A stretch of 64,000 nt of DNA. It comes from Candidatus Krumholzibacteriota bacterium (GTDB taxonomy: Bacteria; Krumholzibacteriota; Krumholzibacteriia; JAJRXK01). Position numbers and translations under genes: made by a program. Of the stretch, positions 19,018 through 28,508 are shown in pieces (within the stretch, counting starts at the first letter, position 1; each line of letters starts with the position of its first letter). The stretch covers positions 1 through 64,000 of the forward strand of contig CAWDWO010000009.1 in assembly GCA_963806035.1 (NCBI GenBank). Reading direction: 5' to 3'. The notes beneath the pieces were generated by a model, which searched no databases, was not told the DNA's origin, and was given only the letters and a program-made list of their open reading frames with translations.

Positions 19018-19434
19018 ATGCGTAACAAGATGCTGACTCCCTTTGATGCCTTCGATGCCCTCTTTGACGGTCTGGGCCGTTACTCCCTGGCCGAGGAAGG
19101 CGAGACCCTTTTGACCCCCCGCGTCGACATCCACGAGGATGAGGCGGAGTTCACGGTCGAGGTCGACCTCCCCGGCGTCAACAAGGACGACCTGAAAGTC
19201 GAGGTCGAGAACGGCAACCTCATCATCGAGGCTCAACGCAAAGTGAAGCCCATGGCCGAGACGAGCAAGGCCATCCGGATCGAGCGCGTCGCGCGCGCCA
19301 GCTACCGCCGCACCTTCTCCCTGGGAGACGAGATCGACGGTGAGGCCATCAAGGCCGAATTGCGCGACGGCGTGCTGCACGTGTCTCTCCCCAAGCGGGA
19401 GAAGGCGCTGCCGAAGCGCATCGAAGTCAAGTAA
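19018..19434 (+). CDS. Hsp20/alpha-crystallin small heat-shock protein
   Basis: 'PRVDIHEDE..VEVDLPGV.KDDLKVEVENG.L.I..YRRTFSL..IKAELRDGVL.VSLPK..KRIEVK'; AAAGGA RBS before ATG 19018. Confidence 0.95.
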   Translation: MRNKMLTPFDAFDALFDGLGRYSLAEEGETLLTPRVDIHEDEAEFTVEVDLPGVNKDDLKVEVENGNLIIEAQRKVKPMAETSKAIRIERVARASYRRTFSLGDEIDGEAIKAELRDGVLHVSLPKREKALPKRIEVK

Positions 19435-19471
19435 GCGCGATCAAGTTCGCTGCCAAAATTCGGTCGGACGC

Positions 19472-19503
19472 GGGGCCCATCCCTTTCGGGGGTGGGCCCC
19501 TTT
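19472..19503 (+). terminator. Intrinsic terminator after hsp20
   Basis: GGGGCCCATCCC / GGGGTGGGCCCC stem with a short loop, followed by TTT. Confidence 0.7.
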
Positions 19504-19620
19504 GCGTGCTTCCTCAGGACGCCGCATACGGGTGGAACGGAGATTGCCTTAGCAGAGGCGGGGATTGACAGAGCCTTCCCTGCACCCAGAGGACACTCGA
19601 CGCAGCAATGAGGAAGCTTC

Positions 19621-20160
19621 ATGACCGATAGCGCAAGCCTCTACCCGCTCCATTTCGGCGAAGTACTCAACGTTCTCCCTGAATATGAGGAATATCGCGA
19701 CGCGGAAAGCTCATACCGTGGCGAAGCGCCCTTCCGCATGGCGGTGGGCCGCCACGTGAAGGACTGGGGCGAGAGGCTCCTGGACCTCTCGGAGTTCCAG
19801 GGCAACCTTCTTCCCCGCCGTGACCTGCGCGTGGTGGACCACATGGTGAGCACGGTGACCGACATCTTCAGCACCCTCAACTGCGGCGGCCAGATTCGCC
19901 GCGTTCCCGTGGATTCTTCCACTCAGGATGAGCTGCGCGCGTGCGACACGCGAATCCTGCGCCTCTTGGAAGAGGAAAGCGAGCTTTTGGACGGGATGCA
20001 CCGCGCCGAATGGGCGGGAGAATGGCTCGAGCACGACGCGCGTGAATTCTACCGCAAGCTGCGCAGCCTCAAGCGGGAACTCCTCGACCGCAACCTGTTG
20101 CTCGGCCTGCGCGGCTCGGCCAGGCGCGACCGCAGGCAACCCGGCATCGAGCTCATTTAG
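19621..20160 (+). CDS. Hypothetical helical protein
   Basis: GAGGAA RBS; 179-aa ORF co-oriented with its neighbours. Confidence 0.7.
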   Translation: MTDSASLYPLHFGEVLNVLPEYEEYRDAESSYRGEAPFRMAVGRHVKDWGERLLDLSEFQGNLLPRRDLRVVDHMVSTVTDIFSTLNCGGQIRRVPVDSSTQDELRACDTRILRLLEEESELLDGMHRAEWAGEWLEHDAREFYRKLRSLKRELLDRNLLLGLRGSARRDRRQPGIELI

Positions 20161-20217
20161 CCCGAGCGGAATCCGGTGCTTTGCGTCCGCCTGTCTTCGT
20201 TGTAGCTTCTGTCCATC

Positions 20218-21492
20218 ATGAAAGCTCCGTTCTTTTCGCGTCTGACCGCTTCCATCCTCCTCTGCGCAAGCTTCCTGCTCGCCGCTGCGGGCCTGGCGGC
20301 AGCGCAGAATCCTTTCTTGAAGGAGCAGGCGCCGCGGGTCATCAAGGAAATCCAGATCACGGGCAACACCACCACAAAGGAATACGTGCTGCGGCGCGAA
20401 CTCGGATTCCAGGAGGGTGATGTCTACGACGATGACGCGCTGAACGATGCTTGGTACCGGCTGGAGCAGCTGAATTTCATCGCCTACGTCGACATCCAGG
20501 TCGAACGCAGCGCTCCGGGCGAGGTCATCCTGAAGATCCAGATCGAAGAGGACAATCGTTTCGATTGGCGGCCCTACCTGCGTTGGGAAAGACGCTTCGA
20601 CTGGCTCTACGGACTCTCGGGACAAATGATCAACTTCCGGGGCCGCGCGGAAACTCTGTGGGCGCGCGCCTACGCGGGACACAAGCAGCACCTTTCTCTG
20701 GGCTGGCAGAACCCGTGGATTCTGGGGCGCACGCACCTGGGCGTGGGAGTCAGCGGCTACTACGAACGCTACCGTTTCGTCTATCTGCCCTTCCGCCTCG
20801 AGGATGCGGGTGGCAGCCTCGACCTGTGGCACGATCTGACCAAGAATTTGCAAGTCACGGGCAACTACACCTACAGGGGTCTCACGATCAGCGAGTCCGG
20901 CTCCTCGCTGGCCGATCAGAGCATCTCCGATCCCTACCTGAAGGCCGGGCTGGACTACGACAGCCGCGACCTCCGCTACTATCCCAGCCACGGCGTCCAC
21001 GCCAGCGCGCTGGCCACGCTCGGCGCAGTGGGCTCGGGAGACCTTTCGAGCTATTCCTACTTCGATCTCTCGCTGGCCGGCTACCAGGCGCTGCCCTACC
21101 TGGGCATACTGGCCTCCCGGGTCAGCTATCGCGGCACCGGCGACAGTCTGCCGGTCTACGAGCGTAGCTATCTGGGGGGACCCGACACCATCCGCGGCGT
21201 CGATTTCTCCAGCGTTCGCGGCGACGAGAACTTCTTGGCCACCATCGAGCTACGCCGGCCCGTTTTCCTGGTGCCCCTGCGGGAAGGAAGAGCCGTGGGC
21301 CTGGGCTTCCACGCCTTCGTCGACTGGGGTACGGCCTGGGAGGCCGCGCAGAGCATCAGCGACGCCAAGATGCGCCATTCGGGAGGGATCGGCCTCCACC
21401 TCAATCTGAACACCTACAATCTGCGCTTCGAATGGGCATTCAGTGATCACGACGGCAACAGCTTCATCTTTGCCGATCGATTCACCTTCTGA
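20218..21492 (+). CDS. Omp85/BamA-TamA family outer membrane protein, single POTRA
   Basis: 'IKEIQITGNTTTKEYVLRREL', 'INFRGR', 'YLGGPDTIRG', C-terminal Phe. Confidence 0.9.
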   Translation: MKAPFFSRLTASILLCASFLLAAAGLAAAQNPFLKEQAPRVIKEIQITGNTTTKEYVLRRELGFQEGDVYDDDALNDAWYRLEQLNFIAYVDIQVERSAPGEVILKIQIEEDNRFDWRPYLRWERRFDWLYGLSGQMINFRGRAETLWARAYAGHKQHLSLGWQNPWILGRTHLGVGVSGYYERYRFVYLPFRLEDAGGSLDLWHDLTKNLQVTGNYTYRGLTISESGSSLADQSISDPYLKAGLDYDSRDLRYYPSHGVHASALATLGAVGSGDLSSYSYFDLSLAGYQALPYLGILASRVSYRGTGDSLPVYERSYLGGPDTIRGVDFSSVRGDENFLATIELRRPVFLVPLREGRAVGLGFHAFVDWGTAWEAAQSISDAKMRHSGGIGLHLNLNTYNLRFEWAFSDHDGNSFIFADRFTF

Positions 21493-21531
21493 TTCTGGCG
21501 AGGCTTCCCTCGACCGAAAGGAGGTGCGGGC

Positions 21532-22587
21532 ATGAGCGAGGCAGAGCGAATCCGTCTCACCCAGTACGCCGGCGCCGCCGGTTGAGCGGCCAAGATGAGC
21601 CCGGAGGATCTGGGCTCGATCCTGGAAGATTTGGTCACAGCAGAAGACGATCCGAGGGTATTGGTGGGCCTGCAGTCCTCCGACGACGCCGGAGTCTATC
21701 GTCTGGACGACGAGCGCGCACTGGTGTTCACCGTCGATCTGATCACGCCGATCGTGGATGATCCGCGCGATTTCGGACGCATCGCCGCCGCGAACTCGAT
21801 CAGCGACATCTACGCCATGGGCGCCAAGCCCCTCATGGCGCTGAACGTCTCGGGCTTCGAGCCCAAGCTGCCGGCGCAGATCTACCGGGAAATTCTCCAG
21901 GGCGCGCGCGAAGTGGCCCACGAGGCCCGCGCGGTGATCCTGGGCGGCCACACCATCAAGGACAAGGAGATCAAGTACGGCCTGGCCGTGGTCGGAGAGG
22001 TGCATCCGCAGAAAATTTTGCGCAACACCGGGGCCCAAGAGGGAGACGCCCTTCTGCTCAGCAAGGCGCTGGGGACCTCCGCTCTGGCCACCGCTTTCAA
22101 GAACGGCGCCTTCGATGAATCCGACTCGCGCTATCGCGCCATGGTCTCTTCCATGACCCGTCTCAACCGGGAAGCGAGCGTGCTGGCTCAGGAGTTTGGC
22201 GCCCATGCACTCACCGACGTCACCGGCTTCGGTTTGAGCGGACACATGCTGGAAATGCTCACCGGAAGCGAGCTTGGCTTTCGGATCCGCTTGAGCTCTC
22301 TTCCGGTGCTCGAGGGCGCGCTGGAGATGCTGGCGGCGGGATACACCTGTGGCGGCGGCGAAGCCAACCGCAAACGGGCCCTGGACAAAATAGAACTGCC
22401 CGAAAAAATCGAACTCCATCAGGAATACCTTTTACACGATCCACAAACTTCCGGCGGCTTGCTCATGGCGCTTCCCAAGGAACGGGCGCCCGCCTTGCTT
22501 GCCCGCCTGCAGGAAAGCGGGCACGCGGCCGCCATCGTGGGCGAGGTCGTTGGCCCCTCGAAGCAGCCGCTGCACATTCTCGCCTGA
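21532..22587 (+). CDS. selD: Selenophosphate synthetase, selenocysteine-containing (TGA codon 18 at 21583-21585)
   Basis: AAAGGAGG RBS and ATG 21532 give MSEAERIRLTQYAGAAG-U-AAKMSP, in frame with the 21595 ORF; motifs DDAGVY, AANSISDIYAMG, GGHT, TDVTGFGL, DPQTSGGLL. Confidence 0.95.
21597..21617 (+). promoter_or_regulatory. Bacterial SECIS-like hairpin
   Basis: GAGCCCGGA-GGA-TCTGGGCTC 9-bp stem with G-containing loop, starting 11 nt after the TGA. Confidence 0.75.
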
Positions 22588-22907
22588 GACGCGACATTCC
22601 ACCCAACGGGTCGAACGATTGAAAGATCTTCCTCATTTGGGAAAAGACACGCATGTGGACCGCTTGCGCCAAAAGTGGAGGACAGTTATCTCTTGCACAG
22701 GCTCCCACACTTCGTCGCGCCGTCATTCAGACGGCGCGATGGCGTCACTGCTTTGAATTGATCGGAGTGTTGTTTCGAAGAATCTGAACCTTGGAACGCT
22801 GTGACAATTGGGCTCTCACATCGAACCAAGCTCGTCTCTTTGTGCTCCCGTCAAACTGTGGGCGAGCCTGCGGCAATGAATGACCATCATCATGGATTGG
22901 AGTTGTA

Positions 22908-23858
22908 ATGGCCGAACGAATCGCCGTCTACGTCGACGGTGCCAATGCGTACTTTGCCCAGAAAGAAGCACTGAATTGGTGGATCGACTGGCCCTCCTTC
23001 CTGGAGTGGGCCCAGCGGGACAAGGAGCTCGTGAGCGCCCGTTGGTATCAGTCCTACCGCCGCGCCCCCGAACCCGAGCAGGAGCGCTTTCTTCACCATT
23101 TGACGATCGTCGGCTACGCGGTGCGCAAAAAAGTCCTCAAGTCGATTTACGACCGGGAGACCGGCCAGAATTCGGTGAAGGGGAATTTGAACATCGAGCT
23201 CGTGATCGACGCTCTGACCGATGCCCCGCACTATGACACCATTCTCCTCGTCACCGGAGACAGCGATTTCGTCCCCCTCGTGGAAGCTCTGCGTTCACGA
23301 GGAAAGCGCGTCCTGGTGGCCGCTACCCAACAGAACGTCGCCGTCGACCTGAGGCAGGTCATCGGTGTCAACTACATCGATCTCGGCGATTTGCGCGACG
23401 AGATCGAAAGCGACAAACGACCCCCCGATCGCAGCGAGAGATACGAGGACTCCGGCCGTAATTTTAGCCGCGGCTTCGATTCCGGCGCGGAGGAGTTCGC
23501 CCGCGAGGCCTCCGAGCCCAATGGAAACGTGAGACTTCCCCAAGACGACTACAAGGTGACGTCCATCCTGGATCCGCACCCGCCGAGCGCTCCCAGCCAG
23601 GACATCGTTCTGCCACAGGAAGGGGAGATCGTTCGTTGCACCGTGCAGTCGGTGAAGAAGTACGGGATCTTTCTCGACCTGCATGAGAACGTAAAAACCC
23701 TGCTTCACGTGAAGGACATGAACCGGGGCTATGTGGCCGATGCCGGTCAGTACTATCGCGTGGGCCAGGAAGTCCCGGTGCAAGTGGTGGGAATCGACTG
23801 GGAACGCCAACCACCGGAAGTGCGCGTGCAGGTCGTGACTCCCGAGATGGAGTACTAG
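22908..23858 (+). CDS. NYN (LabA/DUF88, PIN-like) domain protein fused to a C-terminal S1 RNA-binding domain
   Basis: 'VYVDGAN', 'VTGDSDFVPLV..LRSRGKRV'; S1 'EGEIVRCTVQSVKKYGIFLDL..TLLHVKDM..VGQEVPVQV'. Confidence 0.88.
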   Translation: MAERIAVYVDGANAYFAQKEALNWWIDWPSFLEWAQRDKELVSARWYQSYRRAPEPEQERFLHHLTIVGYAVRKKVLKSIYDRETGQNSVKGNLNIELVIDALTDAPHYDTILLVTGDSDFVPLVEALRSRGKRVLVAATQQNVAVDLRQVIGVNYIDLGDLRDEIESDKRPPDRSERYEDSGRNFSRGFDSGAEEFAREASEPNGNVRLPQDDYKVTSILDPHPPSAPSQDIVLPQEGEIVRCTVQSVKKYGIFLDLHENVKTLLHVKDMNRGYVADAGQYYRVGQEVPVQVVGIDWERQPPEVRVQVVTPEMEY

Positions 23859-24748
23859 TCGCCCCGCGGAGCGAAACGATAGCCGACGATCTTGAAGGCC
23901 AGCTTGGCCGCGGTCTGTTCGTTGACGCGCGTCGTGGGCTGAGGGACCGTCTCGCAGAGATCGGCCCCGAGAAGTTCTCCTTTGCCTTCGACGATGAGCG
24001 CGCGCAGGACGGAAAGGGTCTTCTCCCAGCTCAGACCGCCCGGCTGTGGGGTGCCCGTTCCCGGACAGAGGGAACATTCGAGTCCATCCGCGTCAATGGT
24101 CAGATGAACCGGTCCGCTCAACTCCCGCAGAGTTTCCAGGAGTTCCTCGAAGCGCTCCGCCCGAGCGAGCTCGTGGTCATAGAAGGTCTCGATGCGCGGA
24201 TCTTCGCGCGCTAGCTCGTATTCGCCTTTCTCCGCGCTACGAATCCCGATGGCCACCAGCCGCTTCACTCCGAGTTCGAGCACGCGCCGCATCGCGCAGG
24301 CGTGGTTGAAGCGGCTGCCCTGATACTCTTCGCGCAAATCTGCATGCGCATCGATTTGCACCACCGTCACATCCGACGGCTGTTTGAGGATGCCCTTGAG
24401 CAGCGCCGAAGTGACTGAATGCTCCCCTCCCAAACCCAGATAGAAGGGAGGCGCCAGACCGTAGCCGGCGCAGACCCTCGTGAGACGGTTGAGATAGGCT
24501 TCCACTCTCTCGTTCGCGTCGGCCACGATCGCGGGAAGCACGCAGTAGCGGACCGACCCCTCGTGTTCGAAGTCGAGCTCTTCGTCGAAGCTTTCCAGAT
24601 GCCAACTCGCACGCAAGATCGCGTCCGGCGCAGCTGAAGTTCCTTTGCCGTAACTGACCGTGCCCTCAAAGGGCGCGCGGATCACCGCGACCTCCGCTTC
24701 GTCCAGAGTGGAATTGGGGAGCTCCAAGAAAGTGAGAGGAGTGTCCAT
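23855..24748 (-). CDS. speB: Agmatinase (ureohydrolase family)
   Basis: 'PFEGTVSYGKGT', 'GGEHS', 'DAHADLR', 'DADG', 'PGTGTPQPGGL'. Confidence 0.85.
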   Translation of the reverse strand: MDTPLTFLELPNSTLDEAEVAVIRAPFEGTVSYGKGTSAAPDAILRASWHLESFDEELDFEHEGSVRYCVLPAIVADANERVEAYLNRLTRVCAGYGLAPPFYLGLGGEHSVTSALLKGILKQPSDVTVVQIDAHADLREEYQGSRFNHACAMRRVLELGVKRLVAIGIRSAEKGEYELAREDPRIETFYDHELARAERFEELLETLRELSGPVHLTIDADGLECSLCPGTGTPQPGGLSWEKTLSVLRALIVEGKGELLGADLCETVPQPTTRVNEQTAAKLAFKIVGYRFAPRGD

Positions 24749-24838
24749 CGTGTTCCCGATTCGCAGAGAGTGGCTCCGGGCTCGAAGTAACGCGCCGAAG
24801 CTGAGGTGCTGTTCGAGGGCCTGAAGCAGGCTATGAAC

Positions 24839-26611
24839 TCAAAGAGACTCCACCGAACGCATGAAACCGTCCACCAATTTCGTCATGCGGCTCTCGGCGC
24901 GTTGCGCGGTGATCTTCAGTGCCTCCTCTTGCGGTACGGACTCGATGAGTTCGAAGTAGAATTTGATCTTGGGCTCGGTCCCGCTGGGACGCAGAAGAAT
25001 CCGCGAACCGTCGCTCAGATAGAAGGCCAGAACATTGGCGCGCGGAATTTCTCCACACGCGGCGGGGGGGGCCTCCTCCTCGCGAAGCACCAGCCTCTCT
25101 CCGCTGAGGTAGTCGTGCACCAGACTCACCTCGAGTCCTTCGCCAAACTCCTGCGGCGGATTTTCGCGCACGCTCGTCATGATGGAAGCGATGCGCGCCG
25201 CGCCGCTCTCTCCCGGCATGGTCATACTCTTCTGCAGGGTGAGGTGCAGTCCGAAGCGGCGGTAGATCTCCTCCAGCACCTGCAGCACGCTGCGATCGTG
25301 CGCCCGGTAGAAGCTCGTGAGCTCGGCGAAGAGGAGCGCGGCCGAGATCCCGTCCTTGTCGGCCGTCACCATCCCCACCGAATAGCCCAGCGCCTCCTCG
25401 TAGCCCAGAAGCAACTCCTCACCGTTCTCGCGGCGATGCTTCTGCGAACCATTGGCGACCCACTTGAAGCCGGTGAGCGTCTCGTCGTAGGCCGCCCCCG
25501 CGGCCCGCGCCATGGTCGAGAGCAAACGCGAGGAAACGATGGTGGTCATGAGCAGGGGCTTGCAGTCGGCCGGCAAGTTCTCGCTGAGAAGATAATGGGC
25601 GAGGATGGCTCCCACCTGATCTCCACTGAGCATGCGGTACTCGCCCTCTCCGTCGGGCAGCGCGACCGCCAGCCGGTCCGCGTCCGGATCGTTGGCCAGC
25701 ACGAGATCGGCACTCGTCTTTTTCGCCAAATCCAGGGCGAGATCCATCGCGCCTTCCTCTTCGGGGTTGGGAAAGCGCACGGTAGGGAAGTCGCCATCGG
25801 GTTCGAATTGGCGCTTTACGAGGTGGAGCGGCGCATACCCCGCGCGCCGGAAGAGTTCGACCACCGTGCTCCCACCGACTCCATGCAGGGGAGTGTAGAC
25901 GATCGAGAGATCACTCTTCTGCTCCGGGTGACGGCGTAGGCGCAGGACATCGTCCAGATAGTCTTCGAAAATCTTCTCCTCGATGTCTTGCACTAGACCG
26001 GCGCGCCGGGCGTCCTTCAGCACAGCCAGGGGAACTTCTTGAAGAGTCTGGATCTCGTCGATCTTGGCGGCGATGCCAGTGTCGTGGGGGGGAATGATCT
26101 GGGCTCCGTTCCCCCAATACACTTTGTAGCCGTTGTACTGCGGAGGATTGTGGCTCGCGGTGACCATGACGCCGGCCGCTGCGCCCAGCGCGCGTACGGC
26201 GACCGCCACCAAGGGAGTGGGCGAAAGTCGCGTAAAGAAGTGAACGGTGATCCCCAATCCCGCCAGGACCTCGGCCACATCAAGCGCAAACTCCTTTGAC
26301 ATGTGGCGCCCGTCGTATCCCACCACCACACCGCGGGAGCGGGCGTCCTGCGCTTCCTGCAAGAGATAGCGGCCGAGGCCGCAGCTGACCCTACGCACGA
26401 GGGCGCGGTTCATTCGGCCCGGGCCGGGGCCGAGCACTCCCCGCAAGCCGGCGGTGCCGAAATGCAGGCTCTGCGCGAAGCCTTCGCGGAGTGACTGGAT
26501 GTCGTCAGCGACCAGGCTCTTCTTCAGTTCCTCCCGCGTCACCGGATCGGGATCCTCGCTCAACCAACGTTGCGCCTCTTCTCGTAATTCATCGATCGAA
26601 GGTGAATTCAT
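24839..26611 (-). CDS. Phosphoglucomutase/phosphomannomutase
   Basis: 'FGTAGLRG', 'TASHNP', 'DPDADR', 'GYEEA', 'RPSGTEPKIK'. Confidence 0.95.
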   Translation of the reverse strand: MNSPSIDELREEAQRWLSEDPDPVTREELKKSLVADDIQSLREGFAQSLHFGTAGLRGVLGPGPGRMNRALVRRVSCGLGRYLLQEAQDARSRGVVVGYDGRHMSKEFALDVAEVLAGLGITVHFFTRLSPTPLVAVAVRALGAAAGVMVTASHNPPQYNGYKVYWGNGAQIIPPHDTGIAAKIDEIQTLQEVPLAVLKDARRAGLVQDIEEKIFEDYLDDVLRLRRHPEQKSDLSIVYTPLHGVGGSTVVELFRRAGYAPLHLVKRQFEPDGDFPTVRFPNPEEEGAMDLALDLAKKTSADLVLANDPDADRLAVALPDGEGEYRMLSGDQVGAILAHYLLSENLPADCKPLLMTTIVSSRLLSTMARAAGAAYDETLTGFKWVANGSQKHRRENGEELLLGYEEALGYSVGMVTADKDGISAALLFAELTSFYRAHDRSVLQVLEEIYRRFGLHLTLQKSMTMPGESGAARIASIMTSVRENPPQEFGEGLEVSLVHDYLSGERLVLREEEAPPAACGEIPRANVLAFYLSDGSRILLRPSGTEPKIKFYFELIESVPQEEALKITAQRAESRMTKLVDGFMRSVESL

Positions 26612-26643
26612 GTCTCACTCTCCTTGGTGCGCACGACGCGCGT

Positions 26644-27288
26644 TCAAAATCGCCTGGTGTTGCGGTGCCTCAAAAGCCAAATCATGAGAGCAATGGAGAT
26701 GATGAGAATGGTGGCAAAGAGAATGGGTTGGGCCTGAATGATCCGGGGATAGAGAAGACTGGTGACCAGGAGTCCCACCAGCGCGCCACCGAGATGCGCA
26801 TCGTGGCCGATGTTGCCCATCCGCGATTTGATCCCCCAGATGGAGACCACGAGAAAGAGCACGGCGTAGATGGAAGCGGGAATGGGATAGGGAATGAAGA
26901 AGATGTAAATGCTGCTGCCGGGCAGAAGAAAGATGGAGGCGTAGATGACGCCGCACACCCCTCCCGAGGCGCCCAGGGCGCGGTAGCTCTCGCCGCGATG
27001 CAACCAGAAGGAGAGTGCGCTGCCGCCCAGGATGCTGGCGAGGTAGATCAGCAGCAAAATTCCCCCGCCGTACAGCCTCTCGACGCCCGAGGCGAAGCTG
27101 TAGAAGCTGATGAGATTGAAAAGGAGGTGTCCCCAGTCGGCGTGAAAGAACGCACTGGTGATCGTGCGATACCACTGTCCATCGCGGACGATCCGCTCGC
27201 GATCGAAGAGATAACGCTCCACCAGAGCGGGGCGAGAGAAGCCCTGCCAGGAAATCAGCGCCGTCAGCACCGTGATGAGTACCGTCAT
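26644..27288 (-). CDS. Rhomboid family intramembrane serine protease
   Basis: 'WYRTITSAFFHADWGHLLFN', 'GASGG', 'GHDAHLGGA'. Confidence 0.92.
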   Translation of the reverse strand: MTVLITVLTALISWQGFSRPALVERYLFDRERIVRDGQWYRTITSAFFHADWGHLLFNLISFYSFASGVERLYGGGILLLIYLASILGGSALSFWLHRGESYRALGASGGVCGVIYASIFLLPGSSIYIFFIPYPIPASIYAVLFLVVSIWGIKSRMGNIGHDAHLGGALVGLLVTSLLYPRIIQAQPILFATILIISIALMIWLLRHRNTRRF

Positions 27289-27362
27289 GAGCGCCAGAAC
27301 TCCGCATGCATACCTTCGCCTCCTCGCCGCGGTTCTTGGGGGATGCGGGGCGCCCGGTGGGA

Positions 27363-27393
27363 TTGCCTCCGCCCTGAACCTTCACTATACAAT
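27363..27393 (+). promoter_or_regulatory. Putative sigma70 promoter for the SGNH gene
   Basis: TTGCCT (27363-27368) followed after 17-19 nt by TATACAAT. Confidence 0.45.
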
Positions 27394-27465
27394 GCGAGAT
27401 CCCTCTGGCAACGAAAGCGCAAGATTCTCGAGCTGCGTGTCCCCTGGCGCGGCAGTGGAGATGAC

Positions 27466-28461
27466 ATGAAGATTCCCTTTTCGCTCAGTCTCTCGGCGTG
27501 CCTCTTTCTTCTCGCATCGAGCCTACCCCTCTCCGCGGCGTCTGCCGCTTGGGATGGACAGAGCTGGGCGGACTATTCGCAGTTCTTGGGGCCCATCGAC
27601 GCCGGCATGAAGCAGAACCTGCGAACCATCCTGAGCAGCGGTCAGCAGCAGGGCCGTAGCGCGGGGCGCATGGGTCAGATCGGCGACTCCATCACCTACT
27701 CCGACGCCTATTTCCGCAACGCCGAGGCTTTCGATGTGACGAACAACGAAACCGGCCACGACTACGGTCCCATTCGCTCCTGGATCGCCTATGACAATAC
27801 GCAGCCGGCCGACGGAAATTCCTTCTACCGCGATCACGGAAAGGGAAGCGGCTACGGAAACGAGAGCGGATGGACCCTCTACCGCGCCATTTCGGACGGG
27901 CATCCCGACAAGTCGGTTCTGGTTGGAGACGGCACGACGCCCGGCAATTTCTCCTGGGTGCTCATCATGTTCGGCACCAACGACATCAACGACCCCAACT
28001 GGAACGCGAACGCCTGGAAGAGCATGTACCATGACTTCATCCAGGGGTACATCGATCTGGGAGTCATTCCGGTCCTGAGCACCATTCCTCCCTCGCTGGA
28101 GCACCTCGACGACGGACGCGTGGAACTCGCCAACCAAAAAGTGCTGGATCTCTCCAGCGAGATGCAGGTCCCCTACGTCGACTTCTACGCCCTGGTCATG
28201 TACTACCAGCCCAGTTCGTGGGTGAACTCCTTGATCTCCTCGGACGGCATCCATCCTTCGGCCGGGGGCGGTGGTGTCGATTTTTCCAGGGACGGACTGA
28301 CCTCCAGCGACGGCTACGCCGCCCGGACCAAGCTGAGCTTCGACATGGCCGAGAAGCTGCAGCGCATCGTATTCGACAACGGCACCCCCGACGGACAGCT
28401 CCCCGCGCCGGGACAGAGCACGGGTTCCTTCAAGTCAGGGTTTTCTGGAAGCGGCTACTGA
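27466..28461 (+). CDS. Secreted SGNH/GDSL hydrolase
   Basis: GGAG RBS before ATG 27466; signal peptide; 'IGDSIT', 'MFGTND', 'DGIHP'. Confidence 0.88.
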   Translation: MKIPFSLSLSACLFLLASSLPLSAASAAWDGQSWADYSQFLGPIDAGMKQNLRTILSSGQQQGRSAGRMGQIGDSITYSDAYFRNAEAFDVTNNETGHDYGPIRSWIAYDNTQPADGNSFYRDHGKGSGYGNESGWTLYRAISDGHPDKSVLVGDGTTPGNFSWVLIMFGTNDINDPNWNANAWKSMYHDFIQGYIDLGVIPVLSTIPPSLEHLDDGRVELANQKVLDLSSEMQVPYVDFYALVMYYQPSSWVNSLISSDGIHPSAGGGGVDFSRDGLTSSDGYAARTKLSFDMAEKLQRIVFDNGTPDGQLPAPGQSTGSFKSGFSGSGY

Positions 28462-28508
28462 GAATCCCGCGCTTGCCCTGGCGCGCTACGGACCCCTTCA
28501 ACGCAAAT

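Noticed and set aside
19565..19600. Sigma70 promoter at the perfect TTGACA
   Set aside because: No credible -10 box at 16-18 nt spacing
21583..21585. selD as a pseudogene with a premature stop
   Set aside because: The TGA falls exactly on the catalytic Cys/Sec position and is followed by a SECIS-like hairpin
22800..22820. CRP box
   Set aside because: The TGTGA/TCACA half-sites are 11 nt apart rather than 6
26491..27465. N-terminal half of the listed 656-aa ORF
   Set aside because: It overlaps the rhomboid gene on the opposite strand; the real SGNH start is ATG 27466 with RBS and signal peptide
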